The notes under the pieces are model-generated. The model made no database searches and was not told the DNA's origin. It saw only the letters and a list, made by a program, of their open reading frames with translations. Made by a program: the position numbers and the translations under genes. From assembly GCF_009914755.1 (NCBI RefSeq), contig NC_060933.1: a stretch of DNA of 64,000 bases; one strand, 5' to 3'. Positions 63,791-64,000 of the stretch are shown here, one piece after another (within the stretch, counting starts at the first letter, position 1; every line of letters starts with the position of its first letter). Source of the DNA: the human T2T-CHM13v2.0 reference genome, Homo sapiens.

Positions 63791-64000
63791 GGCTGGGCAC
63801 AGTGGCTCACGCCTGTAATCCCAGCACTTTGGGAGGCCAAGGCGGGCAGATCAGAGGTCAGGAGATCGAGACCATCCTGGCCAACATGGTGAAACCCCGT
63901 CTCTACTAAAAATACAAAAATTAGCTGGGCGTGGTGGCGGGCGCCTGTAGTCCCAGCTACTTGGGAGGCTGGGGCAGGACAATCACTTGAACCCAGGAGG
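63791..64000 (+). mobile_element. AluS (Sc-like), cut by the window end
   Basis: ggagatcgagaccatcctggccaacatgg. Confidence 0.93.

Overview
Primate (almost certainly human) AT-rich non-coding DNA dominated by interspersed repeats: ~36 Alu-family insertions, L1PA/L1M fragments (mostly minus strand), L2, MIR, MaLR/ERVL LTRs, a full solo LTR12C (35063-36753) and DNA-transposon relics. Two retrocopies are clearly recognisable: a full-length 7SL RNA pseudogene (16537-16838, +) and a 5'-truncated, frameshifted RPS29 processed pseudogene (~58854-59086, -). No known protein-coding exon is recognisable; the ORF track is mostly Alu/LTR/L1 artefact, and I cannot name the locus. The most interesting hypothesis is inferred and untested: a + strand transcript starting in an MSTA/THE1-type LTR and joining three well-bounded candidate exons (11555-11677, 21961-22044, 25765-25897) whose phases give one continuous 98-codon ORF. 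Other directly visible oddities: a perfect 41-bp palindrome, a 5'-inverted AluY, a 15-nt Alu stub with TSDs, and two templated-insertion scars 150 bp apart. Repeat subfamily calls come from remembered consensus sequences; boundaries of old elements are approximate.
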